NCBI RefSeq assembly: GCF_006345805.1
Contig: NC_043008.1
Span: 58,590,001-58,654,000, forward strand
DNA: 64,000 bases
Source: Octopus sinensis
Taxonomy: Eukaryota
Direction of reading: 5' to 3'
The notes under the pieces were generated by a model. It had not been told where the DNA came from. It ran no database searches and saw nothing but the letters and a program-made list of their open reading frames with translations. Positions 26,821-39,725 of the stretch are shown piece after piece. A program made the position numbers and the translations under genes. How positions within the stretch are numbered: the stretch's first letter is position 1; each line of letters starts with the position of its first letter.

Positions 26821-27205
26821 ACAAGGTGCAGGAGTGACTGCGTGGTAAGTAGTTTGCTTACAAACCACATGGTTCCGGGTTCAGACCCACTGCATGGCAC
26901 CTTAGGCAAGTATCTTCTACTATAGTCCCGGGCCGACCAAAGCCTTGTGAGTGGATTTGGTAGACGGAAACTGAAAGAAACCCGTAATGTATATATATAT
27001 ATATATGTGTGTGTCTGTGCTTGTCTTCCCCAACATCGCTTGACAACCGATGCTGATGTGTTTACGTCCCCGTAACATGTCGATTCGGCAAAAGAGACTG
27101 ATAGAATAAGTGCTAGGCTTGCAAAGAATAAGTCCTGGGGCCGATTTGCTCGACTAAAGGTGGTGCTCCAGCATGGCCACAGTCAAATGACTGAAATAAG
27201 TGAAA

Positions 27206-27210
<5 letters not shown>
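26821..27210 (+). mobile_element. SINE family A, full length
   Basis: ggagtgactgcgtggtaag (A box), ggttcagaccc (B box), ggcaccttaggcaag, tail cagcatggccacagtcaaatgactgaaa. Confidence 0.92.
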
Positions 27211-27260
<50 letters not shown>

Positions 27261-27882
27261 GTTTGTAACACATTTCAACATCTAAAGCCACAGTTACTGT
27301 ATTTACCGTTGAGAAAGAATTTCGCTCTTATGGTAAAAAGTATAAAAACACCACATCTGCGCATTGTTTCCCCACTGTCGGATTCCGAGATGCAGCATAT
27401 CCAGCTCTTTAGACGTTGTCAATGGAGAATACCGAAGAGATAACTCTTCGGGAAGATTTACAGCCGTAGCGTTAAATAAAACACAATCAGCAAAATTGAT
27501 GTAGTTGCTCCATTAGACTGACAGGTCGAGAGAAATTGAGCAATACGAGCGCCAAGCAGTGTTTAGGCATACACTAACTTTAGGTTAGCTCAGCCATGTT
27601 TGTGATATATTTCAACTTCTAAAAGCAAACACCTTTTACCATTTGAGAAATTTTAATTCCATGTTAACTGCAGTGATTTTGCCTTTAGAATTTGAAAGCA
27701 TATTTTAAAGTATATTTTCAAAGAAGACCTGAGTTCGTTTATACCTGAACAATGTTTGACGTTCGGACTGCTGAAATTCTCCCAGCCTGACGGTCTAATA
27801 GTGCAACTCAGTAAATGCTGTTGACGGCGTGATAGTTAAAACTTGGGTTTTAAATCTGCCTTGAGTTACCTCTCTTTGGTAT

Positions 27883-27928
27883 TTCCCATTGATGATGGCT
27901 AAAGAGCTAGAAATGCTGTATCTGGGAA
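27883..27928 (+). ncRNA. Degenerate type I hammerhead-like motif (UUGAUGA core)
   Basis: UUCCCA-UUGAUGA-UGGCU aaag AGCUA-GAAA-UGCUGUA-UC-UGGGAA; 6-bp stem I and 5-bp stem II. Confidence 0.55.
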
Positions 27929-27999
27929 TCCAACATGGAACAACACTACGCAACACTGGACAGTTTTGGTGATTTTATATGAGGTAAAAATGATTAATA

Positions 28000-28320
28000 A
28001 TCTCAGGTAGATATCTACAATTCAATCACTTATTAAGCAAACGTGGTTAATTATATGAAACAATGAGATACCAATAAATTCAAGGATAATTATAATCCGC
28101 GTGTATAATAAGAAATCCAGATATCACTTAGACGAATTTTAAGAAATACGAAGTATGTAACAAAATGAACAAGAATGGAGGATATGACATTTTAACTGAT
28201 GATAACATCATACATTACAGATAATCGCTTGTATTGTTCCAGTATATTTAGATATAGAAGATGCAAAATACCAATCAGACCAATTTATACTAACACAATG
28301 CTATCAAGCTAAACCAGAAG
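28000..28320 (+). mobile_element. Possible decayed PLE RT N-terminal fragment
   Basis: KIPIRPI near 28265-28290 (PLE 'K..P.RPI'), just downstream of the hammerhead-like motif. Confidence 0.3.
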
Positions 28321-28339
28321 AAGTTAAATTTTACATAAA

Positions 28340-28740
28340 GGCGGCGAGCAGGCAGAAACGTTAGCACGCCGGGCGAAATGCTTTGCAGTAGTATGTCTGC
28401 CATTACTTTCTGATTTCAAATTCCACCGAGGTCGACTAGGCCTTACATCCTTTCGGGGTCGACTAAATAAGTACCAGTTACGCACTGGGGTCGATATAAT
28501 CGACTTAATCCGTTTGTCTGTCTTTGTTAGTCCTCTCTGTGTCTAGCGCCTTGTGAGTAGTAAAGAAATAGGTATTTCGAATGTCTTTACGTTCTAAGCT
28601 CAAATTCCGCCGAGGTCGACTTTGCCTTTTATCCGTTCCGGGTCAATACATTAAGTACCAGTGAAACCCTGAGGTCGATGTAATCGACTGGCCCCCACCC
28701 CCAAAATATCGGACCTTGTGCCTAGAGTAGAAAAGAATAT
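28340..28740 (+). mobile_element. SINE family B partial dimer
   Basis: A full unit with tail 1, then a restart at internal ggtatttcg (28571) ending in tail 2 (gcctagagtagaaaagaat). Confidence 0.9.
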
Positions 28741-28844
28741 CTATAATTATATCTACATAAACACATGTAAAATGAATGTTCAGAAGAGAGATATTCTCAG
28801 ATAAAACTTAATGATAGTTTTCGTGAACTAGTTTTTGATACTTT

Positions 28845-29138
28845 ATGTATGTATGTATGTAGTATGTATGTATGTATGTATGTATGTATGTATGTATGTA
28901 TGTATGTATATATATATGTATGTATGTATGTGTATATATGTGTATGTGCATTATGCATGTGTGTATGCGGATTCTGCGTAAGTGAAGAAATGGAGACAAT
29001 TGAAATAATTATATAATTATAAGTTTAAGTATATAATTATATTTACAGAGTATATTTACAGAATATATGTATATATACACACATGCATACATACATACAT
29101 ACACACACACTTATAATAAATATATATATATATATTAT

Positions 29139-29171
<33 letters not shown>

Positions 29172-29209
29172 CTGTGTTTGTGTCAATGTATTTACAGAAT
29201 GTATGAAAA

Positions 29210-29276
<67 letters not shown>

Positions 29277-29343
29277 TACACACACAGACACACACAAGCA
29301 CAAACACATATATGTACATACATACATACACACACACACACAC

Positions 29344-29397
<54 letters not shown>

Positions 29398-29549
29398 ATA
29401 TATACATACACATATATCGGTATGTGCGTATGTATGTGTATGTTTGTTGGTGCCTCTGTGTGTATGTGCGTATGTGTATATTTAACCTTTATTCTAGTGA
29501 CATGTTCGTTGTCAATATTCGAATATAGGAATTGCCTATTCCCTTATAT

Positions 29550-29584
<35 letters not shown>

Positions 29585-29593
29585 GACACACAG

Positions 29594-29643
<50 letters not shown>

Positions 29644-29660
29644 GTACATATGTATATATG
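28845..29660. repeat. Compound (TATG)/(TA)/(CA) microsatellites
   Basis: Direct inspection. Confidence 0.9.
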
Positions 29661-30118
29661 TATTTACATTTCCTATGCTACTTACTTGTATATAATTGTA
29701 TTATAAAATTGTTTCTGTGTTTTGAGTTCTCAGAAAAATATGTTAGAGTTTTTTTTGTTTGTTTTGCTAATAAAGAGCTAAGTAATCTCATTTCTAATCA
29801 TTCCTAAAATGCTGATGCTATTTTCTAATTTCAGCATATTTCCTTGAATATTTAGGGGAAAAGTACAATTGACTTAGCTAATTCTAGTTAGTTCACTTAC
29901 GCCTATGTCGACATCACCGAGAACATAACAAATTTTTCAAAAAATGAAAAGTTAGATAAGGGAACGTTTCGATCTAGAATCCTGAAGCGTGAATCAATAA
30001 CTGAAGTTGTCTTTGCTCGTGTTGTTTTTGCCAGTACAGATCATGTGGACCTATTATCAAAGACGTACTAGCCATGACTATATCCTATGTTTTTCTCGAA
30101 TATTATGTTTTCCAAATT

Positions 30119-31305
30119 CGGCGATCTGGCAGAAACGTTAGCACGCCGGGCGAAATGCGTGGCCGTATTTCGTCTGCCGTTACGTTCTGAGTTTAAATTC
30201 CGCTGAGGTCGACTTTGCCTTTCATCCTTTCGGGGTCGATAAATTAAGTATCGGTTAGGCACTGGGGCCGATGTAATCGACTTAATCCGTTTGTCTGTCC
30301 TTGTTTGTCCCTCTATGTTTAGCCCCTTGTGGGCATTAAGAAATAAGAAACGTTAGTATGCCGGGCGAAATGCTTAGCGGTATTTCGTCTGCCGTTACGT
30401 TCTGAGTTCAAATCGGATCGATAAATGAAGTACCAGTTGCGTACTTGGGTCGATCTAATTGACTGGCCCACTCCTCAAAAATTTCGGGCCTTGTGTCTAG
30501 AGTAGAAAAAATATTGTGTATTTCAGATTACTTTGTTCACCATGTCCTCTTTTTCTCAAAGACTCCAAAGAGTGATTAGAGCGGGATAGACTCATTTCCT
30601 ATTTCTAGCAAATCTTGTAACCGATAACAGCTGCCCCTCTGAATTGTAAATAATTCTAGTTGTTATTATTGTTGGCGTGTATAAGGTAGTAAGCTAGCAG
30701 AATAGTTAGCACAGCGGGTAAAATGCTTAACGGTGTTTCGTTCGTTCTTACGTTCTGAGTTTATCACTTTGGGGTCGATAAAACAAGTGCCAGTCGAGCA
30801 CTGGGGACGATGTAATCGCCTTATCCCCACCCCTGAAATTGCTTGCCATGTGCCGAAATTTGAAACCAATATTGTTGGTAATGGCGATGAGCTGGCAGAA
30901 CGGTTAGCACACCAGATAAGATGTTCAGTAAAAGTTTGTTAGTCTTTACGTTTTGAGTTAAAATGCAGTCGAAGTCGTCCTTGCCTTTCGTTTTTTTGAA
31001 GATAGTAGATAAAATAAGTACCATCTGACTCCCCCCCCCCAAACTGCTTGCCTTGTGCCAAAATGACAAAAAATTAGTGTTGTCGTGGTAAAAGCGGCGA
31101 GCTAGTAGAACCGTTAGCACACCGGAGAAAATACTTCGCAGATTTTTGTCCTTCTTAACACTCAGAGCTCAAATTCCGCCGGGATCGACTTTGCCTCTCA
31201 TCCTTTCAGAATCATTAAGATATATGTCACTGAAGTACTAGGTTCCATCTAATCGACTTGCCACACTCTTAAAAATTGCTGACCCTGTGCCAAAGTTTGA
31301 ACCCG
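30119..31305 (+). mobile_element. Head-to-tail cluster of SINE family B copies (30119-30510 dimer, 30683-30868, 30883-31068, 31093-31305)
   Basis: Repeated ggcagaa..gttagcac heads and gtcga..aaataagtacc cores, all on the plus strand. Confidence 0.85.
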
Positions 31306-32982
31306 TTATTTTTGTGGTGGTTGTTGAAATCCAGACATGCTCTGGAAAAAAACACTCATACCTGTGATTAAAACAATCCAACCTTATCCAGACTATATTT
31401 GTTACAGGTGGTCTACCTAGGTATTACCTTGCTCCTATCCAATGTGACATTCCTATCATAAGACGGCATAATACGATTTGAAGTGGATTCAGCTGCAAGT
31501 TTTAGCAAGTTGTGCGATCACATGAAAATTCTATCAATGCTTCGTACATAACTCTATGCATTTAAGCAGGCACTCAACTGGTTCTATCACACTCTAAATT
31601 CTAATATTGATTTGTAATTTATTAGCAATTTCAGGAAATGAGTGAATTTAGTTTAATTAATCATGGTACTTCACCTGTACTCACAAGATAATCATAAAAG
31701 GTCGTCTACATCGTACATTTAATATTCTAAAAACTGGACGGATATGGAGAGCAGGAAATACTGACAATTTATGATTCATGTTCGTTCCTGGAAGCTAGCT
31801 ATGTATCTTTCGCTACTTCCACTAAATACCGACTTAAATATAATATAAATATCTAAGACTTAGATTTTGTAGATGGAAAATTCAACATACGTCATCATAT
31901 TTGCGATGCTGGTCAAATGTTCCAAATAAGCTACAGTTCATTATCAGATTCAGATAAGATGTTTGAGCTAAAGGGATATTAAACACGAAAATTGAATTGC
32001 TAATTTCATTTAGTAGTGATCTGAAATATATCTTGTAAAATGTTAACGTCTATCAACCCTACCTTATTAGATATTAATTTCTAATCAAGTTCCTACGTTC
32101 TTTGATCATTTTGTTGTTCTACAGCATCCTTCCCATAAATCGACATATTTCCAGCTAACTCTCAGAGAATGAAAGGAACTATCCCTTTTCTTTGTAGTGA
32201 TTACTCGTGCTTATTTACGGGATCAATCAAAGAGCCTAATTCTTTGCAATCACATATTACCATTTCCAAACAGTAAAGGTATGTTAACGTTCTGCAGTTT
32301 TATCTAGCACAGAAGTTGCGTGATATAGTGTAAACATGAAGTCTAAACATTCAAACATCATCAACCTATTTCAAAATCCTGTGGTAGTTCACGTAGAATT
32401 TCTGGTCCACCATAATCGTCTGTGTGTATAAGTCGATATATCTCTTATGGCTGTAAATTTTTGTCTAAAATAAATAGACTTGCATTCTGGAAAATACGAT
32501 AGATAAGTGCTTTGCATAGTGAGCAGGACTGCGGTTTGTGGAGAGACTTGATGTGAGGACTGGCAACAAAGAGGGTAATAATGACTTATAGATACACTTA
32601 TAGAATTTTCAAAGTTGATTTCCTATTTAAATATTAACTGAAGAAAAAAATGAATTAACGTAATACTGTGATAAAAGGCTTCTTACATACAATCATTAGA
32701 ATGACAACAGCAACGATAACAACGGTAAGGATGATGAGGATCAAGACATTAACGACAATTATTGACTTCGAAAATCGAAGAGATAAATTATACAAAACCT
32801 TATACCAACTATGCATGTAGAGTATTATAAGCAATGAAATATGATTTAAGAGATATTGTCAGAATAATCGGGCTTTTCCAGACATACATGAATTGCATCC
32901 AACATACTTGTAACCTTAGGCAATGTCCTGACTTGCATAGGCATCTTCTTCTTCTTCTTCTTCTTCTTCTTCTTCTTCTTCA

Positions 32983-33176
32983 GGCAGCAAGCTGGCAGAA
33001 TTGTTAGCGTGCCGGGGCGAAACGCTTAACGGTATTTCGCCCATCGGTACGCTCTGATTTCAAATTCCGCCGATGTTGACTTTGCCTTTCACCCTTTCGG
33101 GGTCGATAAATGATGTACCAGTTGTGTACTTGAGTCGATTTAATCGACTGACCCTATCCTTCACATTTCAGGCCGG
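32983..33176 (+). mobile_element. SINE family B next to a (CTT)n repeat
   Basis: ggcagcaagctggcagaa...ttcaaattccgccgatgttgactttgcctttc. Confidence 0.8.
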
Positions 33177-33177
<1 letters not shown>

Positions 33178-33242
<65 letters not shown>

Positions 33243-33393
33243 GTCATTTACTTTTAATCTGCATGTTTGATGCAATCACTTGCCGGGGCACACCCAGCGC
33301 TCTAGGGCAAGTGAAGGTTAAGAGTTGTTGAAATATAGCTGAAAGCTTGGGGAGGGGAAGTAGAGAAATATCTCCATGTAATACAAACACAAA

Positions 33394-33452
<59 letters not shown>

Positions 33453-33648
33453 TATTATTATTATTATTGTCATTTACTTTTAATCTGCATGTTTGATGCA
33501 ATCACTTGCCGGGGCACACCCAGCGCTCTAGGGCAAGTGAAGGTTAAGAGTTGTTGAAATATAGCTGAAAGCTTGGGGAGGGGAAGTAGAGAAATATCTC
33601 CATGTAATACAAACACAAACATTATTATTATTATTATTATTATTATTA
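33178..33648. repeat. (ATT)n-X-(ATT)n-X-(ATT)n with two identical 152-bp X units
   Basis: X at 33243-33394 and 33469-33620, identical by eye. Confidence 0.95.
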
Positions 33649-33931
33649 TGGCCGTCAGCCGAAGAAGACACGCTTGACTTCGGCACCGTATTTTGTTTTC
33701 GAAAATCGTCAGTTTTCTCCGGAAGCCTAATTTCTATGTATGTATGTATGTATGTATGTATGTATGTATGTATGTATGTATGTATGTATGCATGTATGTG
33801 TGTATGTATTTATGTATGTTAGTAAGAGTGTATGTATTTTGTGTGTATATATGTATGCATATACTTGAATGTTGTTGATTTTAGTTATTAGTATGATTTC
33901 TTAACTTCAGATCAAGTACTAGGTTTAATTT

Positions 33932-34035
33932 CAGAATAAGTACTAGGTTTCCAAAAAATAAGTCCTGGGGTCGATTTGCTCGACTAAAGGCGGTACTCCA
34001 GCATGGCCGCAGTCAAATGACTGAAACAAGGGTAA
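33932..34035 (+). mobile_element. SINE family A tail fragment
   Basis: aataagtcctggggtcgatttgctcgactaaaggcggtactccagcatggccgcagtcaaatgactgaaac. Confidence 0.85.
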
Positions 34036-34189
34036 ATGAGTATACTATTCTTTATAGTTTTATTTACTTCGAGAACCAGTGTTCCAAAAAAGGATTTAAT
34101 GTTATCTTGAAACATTATAAACACTTAAGGCGACAACAATATGTGTGTGTCCGTGTTTGTGTGTGTAGTTGTGTGTGTAGAGAGAGAGA

Positions 34190-34239
<50 letters not shown>

Positions 34240-34619
34240 GTCATATTTTGAAAAGAGAAAGTAATCTGAGGAGAAAGCTCGAAAGAAAATGTATTTGAGA
34301 TGGTTTTATATATGTAAAGGGATGAGAAATAATTTTAAAAACAAAAACAGCGAAAAAATAACGATATCGAGACAGACAATGTAAAGAATACCGGAAAATA
34401 TCTGCGATAGGAAATGCATTTGATGAAAGGAATGGAAACAAAGCATAATAGATAGATAAATAACAGTCACGAGAATAATGGGAAAGACGAGCTGTTGTCT
34501 CTGCGACACAAATCTGACAGATTTGACAGACGTAAATAGTGACAAAAGTAGGAAATGAGAAACGGAGGAAAATGGCGTAGATATCAACACGAAATAGACA
34601 ATACAGAGGCAGCGGCAGC

Positions 34620-34640
34620 AGTATTACTATTTATTATTAC

Positions 34641-34671
<31 letters not shown>

Positions 34672-34845
34672 CATTATTATTGTTATCATTATTATTGTTA
34701 CCATTATTATTGTTATCATTATTATTGTTACCATTATTATTGTTATCATTATTATTGTTACCATTATTATTAATATTATTATTATTATTATTGTTACCAT
34801 TATTATTAATATTATTATTATTATTATTGTTACCATTATTATTAA

Positions 34846-34887
<42 letters not shown>

Positions 34888-34973
34888 CATTATTATCATC
34901 ATCATTATTATTATTGTTATTATTATCATCATCATTATTATTATTGTTATTATTATCATCATCATTATTATTA

Positions 34974-35017
<44 letters not shown>

Positions 35018-35240
35018 AGTAGTAGTAGTAGTAGCTGTGGTGGTGGTGGTGATGGTGGTGGTTGTAGTGGTTGTTGTGGCGGTAGTGGTTGAGATGGTGG
35101 TTGCGATGGTGGTGGTGGTGGTGGTTTTTTGGTGGAGGTGTTGGTGGTGGCAGTGGCAGTGGTGGTGGTTGTTTTGGTGGTGGTAGTGGTTGCACTAGTA
35201 GTATTAGTAGTAGTAATAGTAGTTATTGTTGTTGTTTTGT
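34620..35240. repeat. Compound trinucleotide array (TAT/CAT/GTT to AGT to GGT) with higher-order units
   Basis: Direct inspection; explains the poly-L, poly-I and poly-V ORFs. Confidence 0.95.
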
Positions 35241-35527
35241 AGTAGTTACTGTTCTTGATGTTGTTTAGCTTGTAATTAATCTATTGCCGAATACCCGTGA
35301 TCTAAAACGTTCCAGCCTTGAGCATCCATTCTGTATTCTTCAATCAAATTGGATGCATCGTTGGGTTTTTTGTCACATTTTTCCCCTTCTATATTTATCA
35401 TGAAGTTTGTAAGGTACCATTTTAGTGAGAGGAAGAGCCATGTTTACTTTTTCTAATCGAGTAAATGATCAAATACAGTCACCATCATTAACTTAACCCT
35501 TCTTTGTTGTCGATGTTGTTATTGTGA

Positions 35528-35838
35528 AGACACATAGCTCAGTGGTTAGGGCGTCGGGGTTACAATCACGAGGTAGTGAGTTCGATTCTCGGACCGGGAT
35601 GTGTATTGTGTTCTTGAGCAAGACACTTTATTTCACGTTGCTCCAATTCACTCAGCTGTAGAAATGAGTTACGACGTCATTGGTACCAAGCTGTATCGGC
35701 CTCTTTGCCTTTCCTTTGGCTAACTTCAGTGGCGTGGAGAGGGGAGGCTGGTAAGCATGGGCGACTGCTGGTCTTCCATAAGCAATCTTGCCCAGACTTT
35801 ACCTCGGGGGGTAACTTTCTAGGTGCAATCACATGGTC
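35528..35838 (+). mobile_element. SINE family D (tRNA head plus CORE/V-like gtgttcttgagcaagacactt)
   Basis: A box tagctcagtggttagg and B box gagttcgattctc. Confidence 0.85.
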
Positions 35839-36739
35839 TTTCCTATTTCCGTGTCCTTAAATCAGTGTTGGTATGTGTGCGGGGTCTTGTTAGTGTATTT
35901 GGCTTCCCTTCATCGTGTTATGTGCCCTTCTCGTAGTGCGTTGTTTCTTGAACAAAGCGCTTTGTTTTAATTTCACGTTTCTTCAGTCTACTCAGCAGAG
36001 TATATTAGCCTGCCGAGTACTAGTGTTGCCCTCTCTATCCCTTTAATGGTCATATTCTCAATGTACCGCCGGTACAAAGGGTAGGAGAGATAGGAGAGTG
36101 TCTACGTGAGCCTGTGACTACATAGGGAGATGAATCGATTTCAATTCCGGACACTTTTCTGTCTGAAAATACTTGTGACATCTGCAAAAGCGTCTGTTTG
36201 TCCCAAACCGGATTTGCTAAATATGGAGATCTCATGACGGCATTTACTTACTGTAGAGATGACCTTTCTCTATAAAGAAGTGGCAACCACCAACTAGGCA
36301 CATAAAACAATTAGTACAAACATGGTACATGCTACCAAGTTATACTCGTTCAAATCATACCCTAACCCTGAGGGCTACCTCATTCAAATCAGCCCTGACC
36401 GAGTAAACCAGCTGTAAATGGGATTGCGGCTGCGCCCTTGACACTAATTTTTATTTCAGGCATGATTTATATAAGACTACGTAGTTCAACGGTTCTTCCC
36501 TTCTGTTTGAAGGTAGTAGCGGTGTCCGTTGATAGAAATTTGGCTGCTATTTCTTACATGTCTAGTTTGTATATAGAGGTTCCTTCACTTACACCGCCTC
36601 CCGCATTTTTCGTTGAGGTTGTGGTTCTTGTTTTATAAGAAAAAAACAAAAACAAAAGCATCTGGTCAAGTAAGCTATCATAAAAAAGATGATCCGCCTG
36701 TGACTGTCCAATCTACCAATCTATTCATTTCAGGTAGTA

Positions 36740-37104
36740 CAGGCATACCTCAACTTACAGCGTTTCGAGTTACGTCTTTTCCGACATTCAGTTGTTTTTT
36801 TTTCTTCTTTTTCTTTAAGAAATAATCCTCTACTTTAGTCGATTTACCCGACTTAACATCGATTACAACAAATATATTTAAAAGAATATAAATTAAAAAA
36901 CAAAAGCAACCAAAAAAACCAAAAGAAAAAAAAACCAATAGCAAAGTGGAGAATCATGTACAAGCGAAAAAAAATGTATAAAAGCATTCCTCATAATAGA
37001 TGTAAGCTAATAGATTTTTTTAATGATCTTTCGTGATATATCGTTTTTTCAAGTTAGGTCGCATGTCTTAAAACCGATTACAAACGTAAACTGAGGTATT
37101 CCTG
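36740..37104. mobile_element. 365-bp Tigger/pogo-like MITE with TA TSD
   Basis: TA|caggcatacctcaacttac ... gtaaactgaggtattcctg|TA (16/19 TIR match). Confidence 0.75.
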
Positions 37105-37931
37105 TATTTTTATGTTGACATTATTCAAAGGATTCTTTCTCACCTATGACATAAGCGTGCGATTTCAGGAAAGATATTTTGTCTTCTATTTCTAGCATAG
37201 CGAGCGACTAAACATTTTTCCTCTCCTTAACTCATCCCTGTTTGCTGACATGTTCTTTAACACCATCCTAGCTATGATTAAAAGGATCACTGCAAAAGAA
37301 CATACCTCCCATGATTATCCGTGGATGAATTTTATCAGACAGTGTATATAGGATCACCACTGTATCTAAGTCTACATCAGCTATTATTAAAGACGATAAA
37401 ATATAATTCGAACGAAATCACCCTGCAGCTCTTGGAATTTAAGAGCGACCAGGTAGAACCTTCTTCGTTAAGCCGTTAGGGAAGTGGTTAGAAAGAAAGG
37501 TGCGAAGATGAGGAACAAAGGAGAAAAAATAATGGGAAGTGTGAATGAAAGAATGAAGACAAAAACAGGAAAAGGAGATTAGAGTTTCTTTATATGATTG
37601 TTGATAAGTTATATAAGCGAGATTGGTTGTTGTCTGATAACGAGCGAGATATTTGTGGTATAAATTACATTATCTAATTTGTTATACGTAGCTGTCATCA
37701 CAGGCATCCGGTTTCAGAGAATCACCATCATCATTTTCATTGATATCAACGCCATCGTAATTTTACGCATATTTTGCCCACTGGTTTGTGGTTTGGGTGG
37801 GGCTTCATCGTCTCTAGTGAAGATTGTCAGGTCAGGTTCCTTGATAACACATGCAAAAATATTACAAAATTACAGGTGATATACGTAGACTGTTCTACCT
37901 TCTGGCCTAGCGGCTCATCCAGTGTATCAGA

Positions 37932-38086
37932 GATGCAGGCGTGGCTGTAGTAAGATTTCATCTCATCCACATGGTTCTGAGTGAATATAAAAAAATGTTG
38001 CGTGGCACATTGTTCTTGTGCATTCTATTTTAGCCCCGGGCCAACAAAAGTCTTGTAAGTACATTGACGGAAACTGAAAGAAGCCC

Positions 38087-38090
<4 letters not shown>
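37932..38090 (+). mobile_element. SINE family A 5' half (degraded)
   Basis: gcaggcgtggctgtagtaag...ccccgggcc...gacggaaactgaaagaagcccg followed by (TA)n. Confidence 0.7.
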
Positions 38091-38120
<30 letters not shown>

Positions 38121-38121
<1 letters not shown>

Positions 38122-38245
38122 GAGAGTTACAGAATGGAGTAGATAAGATGCGAGCTACATATGGTTCTTAGTGAACGGAACCTCATAAATGATAAATATC
38201 CAGGTGAGGTATATACTGCAGGCTAAGGATATCTTGATTAAATTA
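38121..38245 (-). repeat. Unclassified dispersed repeat 'E' (other copies at 38935-39068 + and 41297-41397 +)
   Basis: Shared atttaatcaagatatccttagcc...cctcacct...catatgta...atcttatctactccattctgtaa. Confidence 0.75.
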
Positions 38246-38802
38246 GTTCGTGCTGATTTATACTAGCTTACCTTTCGACTTATTTTAGAACATGGTTGAG
38301 TCCATAAAATATGATTTGATTACACCTCCATTTAGAGCACAGTTTAAACTATCTTTTCGTTGAAGAAGGTTTATCTTCCTATAACCTGTGTTAATTCTGT
38401 AACCCTTTAAAATGGAAGATAAGAAAGTTAATTTTCGGCACTTGATGCTTTTATTTTTACGTAAAGGGGGAAAATGCCTCACAAGCAATCAAAGAAATAT
38501 GCGCAGTTTACGGTGATGTTTCTTTATCTGAAAGAACTGTACGGAAGTGGTTCGCAAGGTTCCGAGCTGGAGATTGTAGACTTATTGATAAAAACCGATC
38601 AGGCAAACTATCCACTACAGATGATGACCAAATCAAGTCAATTGAGAATAACTCACATTGCACAACTCGAGAATTGGCAGAAAGCCTCAACCTATCAAAA
38701 TCTGTCGTTCATGAGCACCTGGTAAAGCTTGAGTAATGGCAACTATTTATTGCCCTTTTTCTTTCCTTTAAAAATCGGCACGAACTTTCCGGACAACCCA
38801 AT
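38246..38802 (+). mobile_element. Deleted mariner keeping only the N-terminal HTH-coding part
   Basis: MEDKKVNFRHLML (38412) / KGENASQAIKEICAVYGD..SERTVRKWFARFRAG...TTRELAESLNLSKSVVHEHL..* (38736); right TIR cggcacgaactttccggacaacccaata; partial left TIR agttcgtgctgattt. Confidence 0.9.
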
Positions 38803-39274
38803 ATTTTCTTCTTTACCCTTCTTTTAATACTTAATTCTATCTACAATTATATTCTCTTCTCCTACTCTGCTTTCTCCACATTCTGATTGACTCTTCCATG
38901 CGTTAACATGTACCTCCTTGCGACAATGTAAACTTACATTTAATCAAGATATCCTTGGCCAGAGGTGTAGCCTACGGTACACACCTCACCTATATATTTA
39001 CCACTTCTGAAGTTCCGCTCATTATGAAGCATATGTAACCCGGATCTTATCTACTCCATTCTGTAATACTTGTATTCTTAATGGCACACTCGGAAACCCT
39101 AGTCGCCTACCATGAAATATAAAAACTTTTTTCAGTTTATCGTACATCGATACGAAATAATCCACAACCTTCCGTCTCAATAAAACAATATTGTATCTGA
39201 AAGTTGTTTTTTCATATTTACTACGGTTTGCTTGACACTAATTTTCTTCCTGCACCTCGATCCCTGGATCTTAC

Positions 39275-39416
<142 letters not shown>

Positions 39417-39439
39417 CTCCATATATATATATGTGTGTT

Positions 39440-39682
39440 TATGTGCGTGTGTGTCCGTGTTTGTCCCCACCCCACCATCGCTTGACAACCGATGCTGGTG
39501 TGTTTACGTCTCTGTAGCTTAGTGGGTCGGCAAAAAAGACCGATAGAAAAAGTACTAAGCTTACAAGGAATATTCTTTGTAAGCCTAGTACTTATTCTAT
39601 CGGTCTCTTTTGCCGAACCGCTAAGTTATGAGGACGTAAACACACCAGCATCAGTTGGCAAGCATTGATGGGGGAACACACA

Positions 39683-39725
<43 letters not shown>

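Noticed and set aside
32125-32278. Candidate exon with a good acceptor (ttctacag) and donor (aag/gtatgt)
   Set aside because: Stops in all three frames; cannot be supported without transcript data.
33243-33620. CRISPR-like repeat-spacer pattern
   Set aside because: Two 152-bp units separated by (ATT)n in eukaryotic DNA, with no unique spacers or cas genes.
33655-33718. CCGAAGA...GAAA-AUCG-UC; a similar string lies at 59010-59040
   Set aside because: Core-like words are present but there is no convincing stem I, so they were not counted as motifs.
35528-35600. tRNA gene calls for SINE heads (also 41422, 50211, 26821)
   Set aside because: A and B boxes are present, but they run straight into SINE bodies and I found no acceptor-stem closure.
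36100-36660. RTE-type C-terminal zinc-finger trace (CDICKSVCLSQTG, plus) and PLE-like QEP..RKMREAV (minus)
   Set aside because: Single short motifs, too weak to annotate without a profile search.
38935-39068. Repeat E consensus GAAACATATGTA resembling hammerhead stem III
   Set aside because: No CUGAnGA-type core or stem I complement in any of the three copies.
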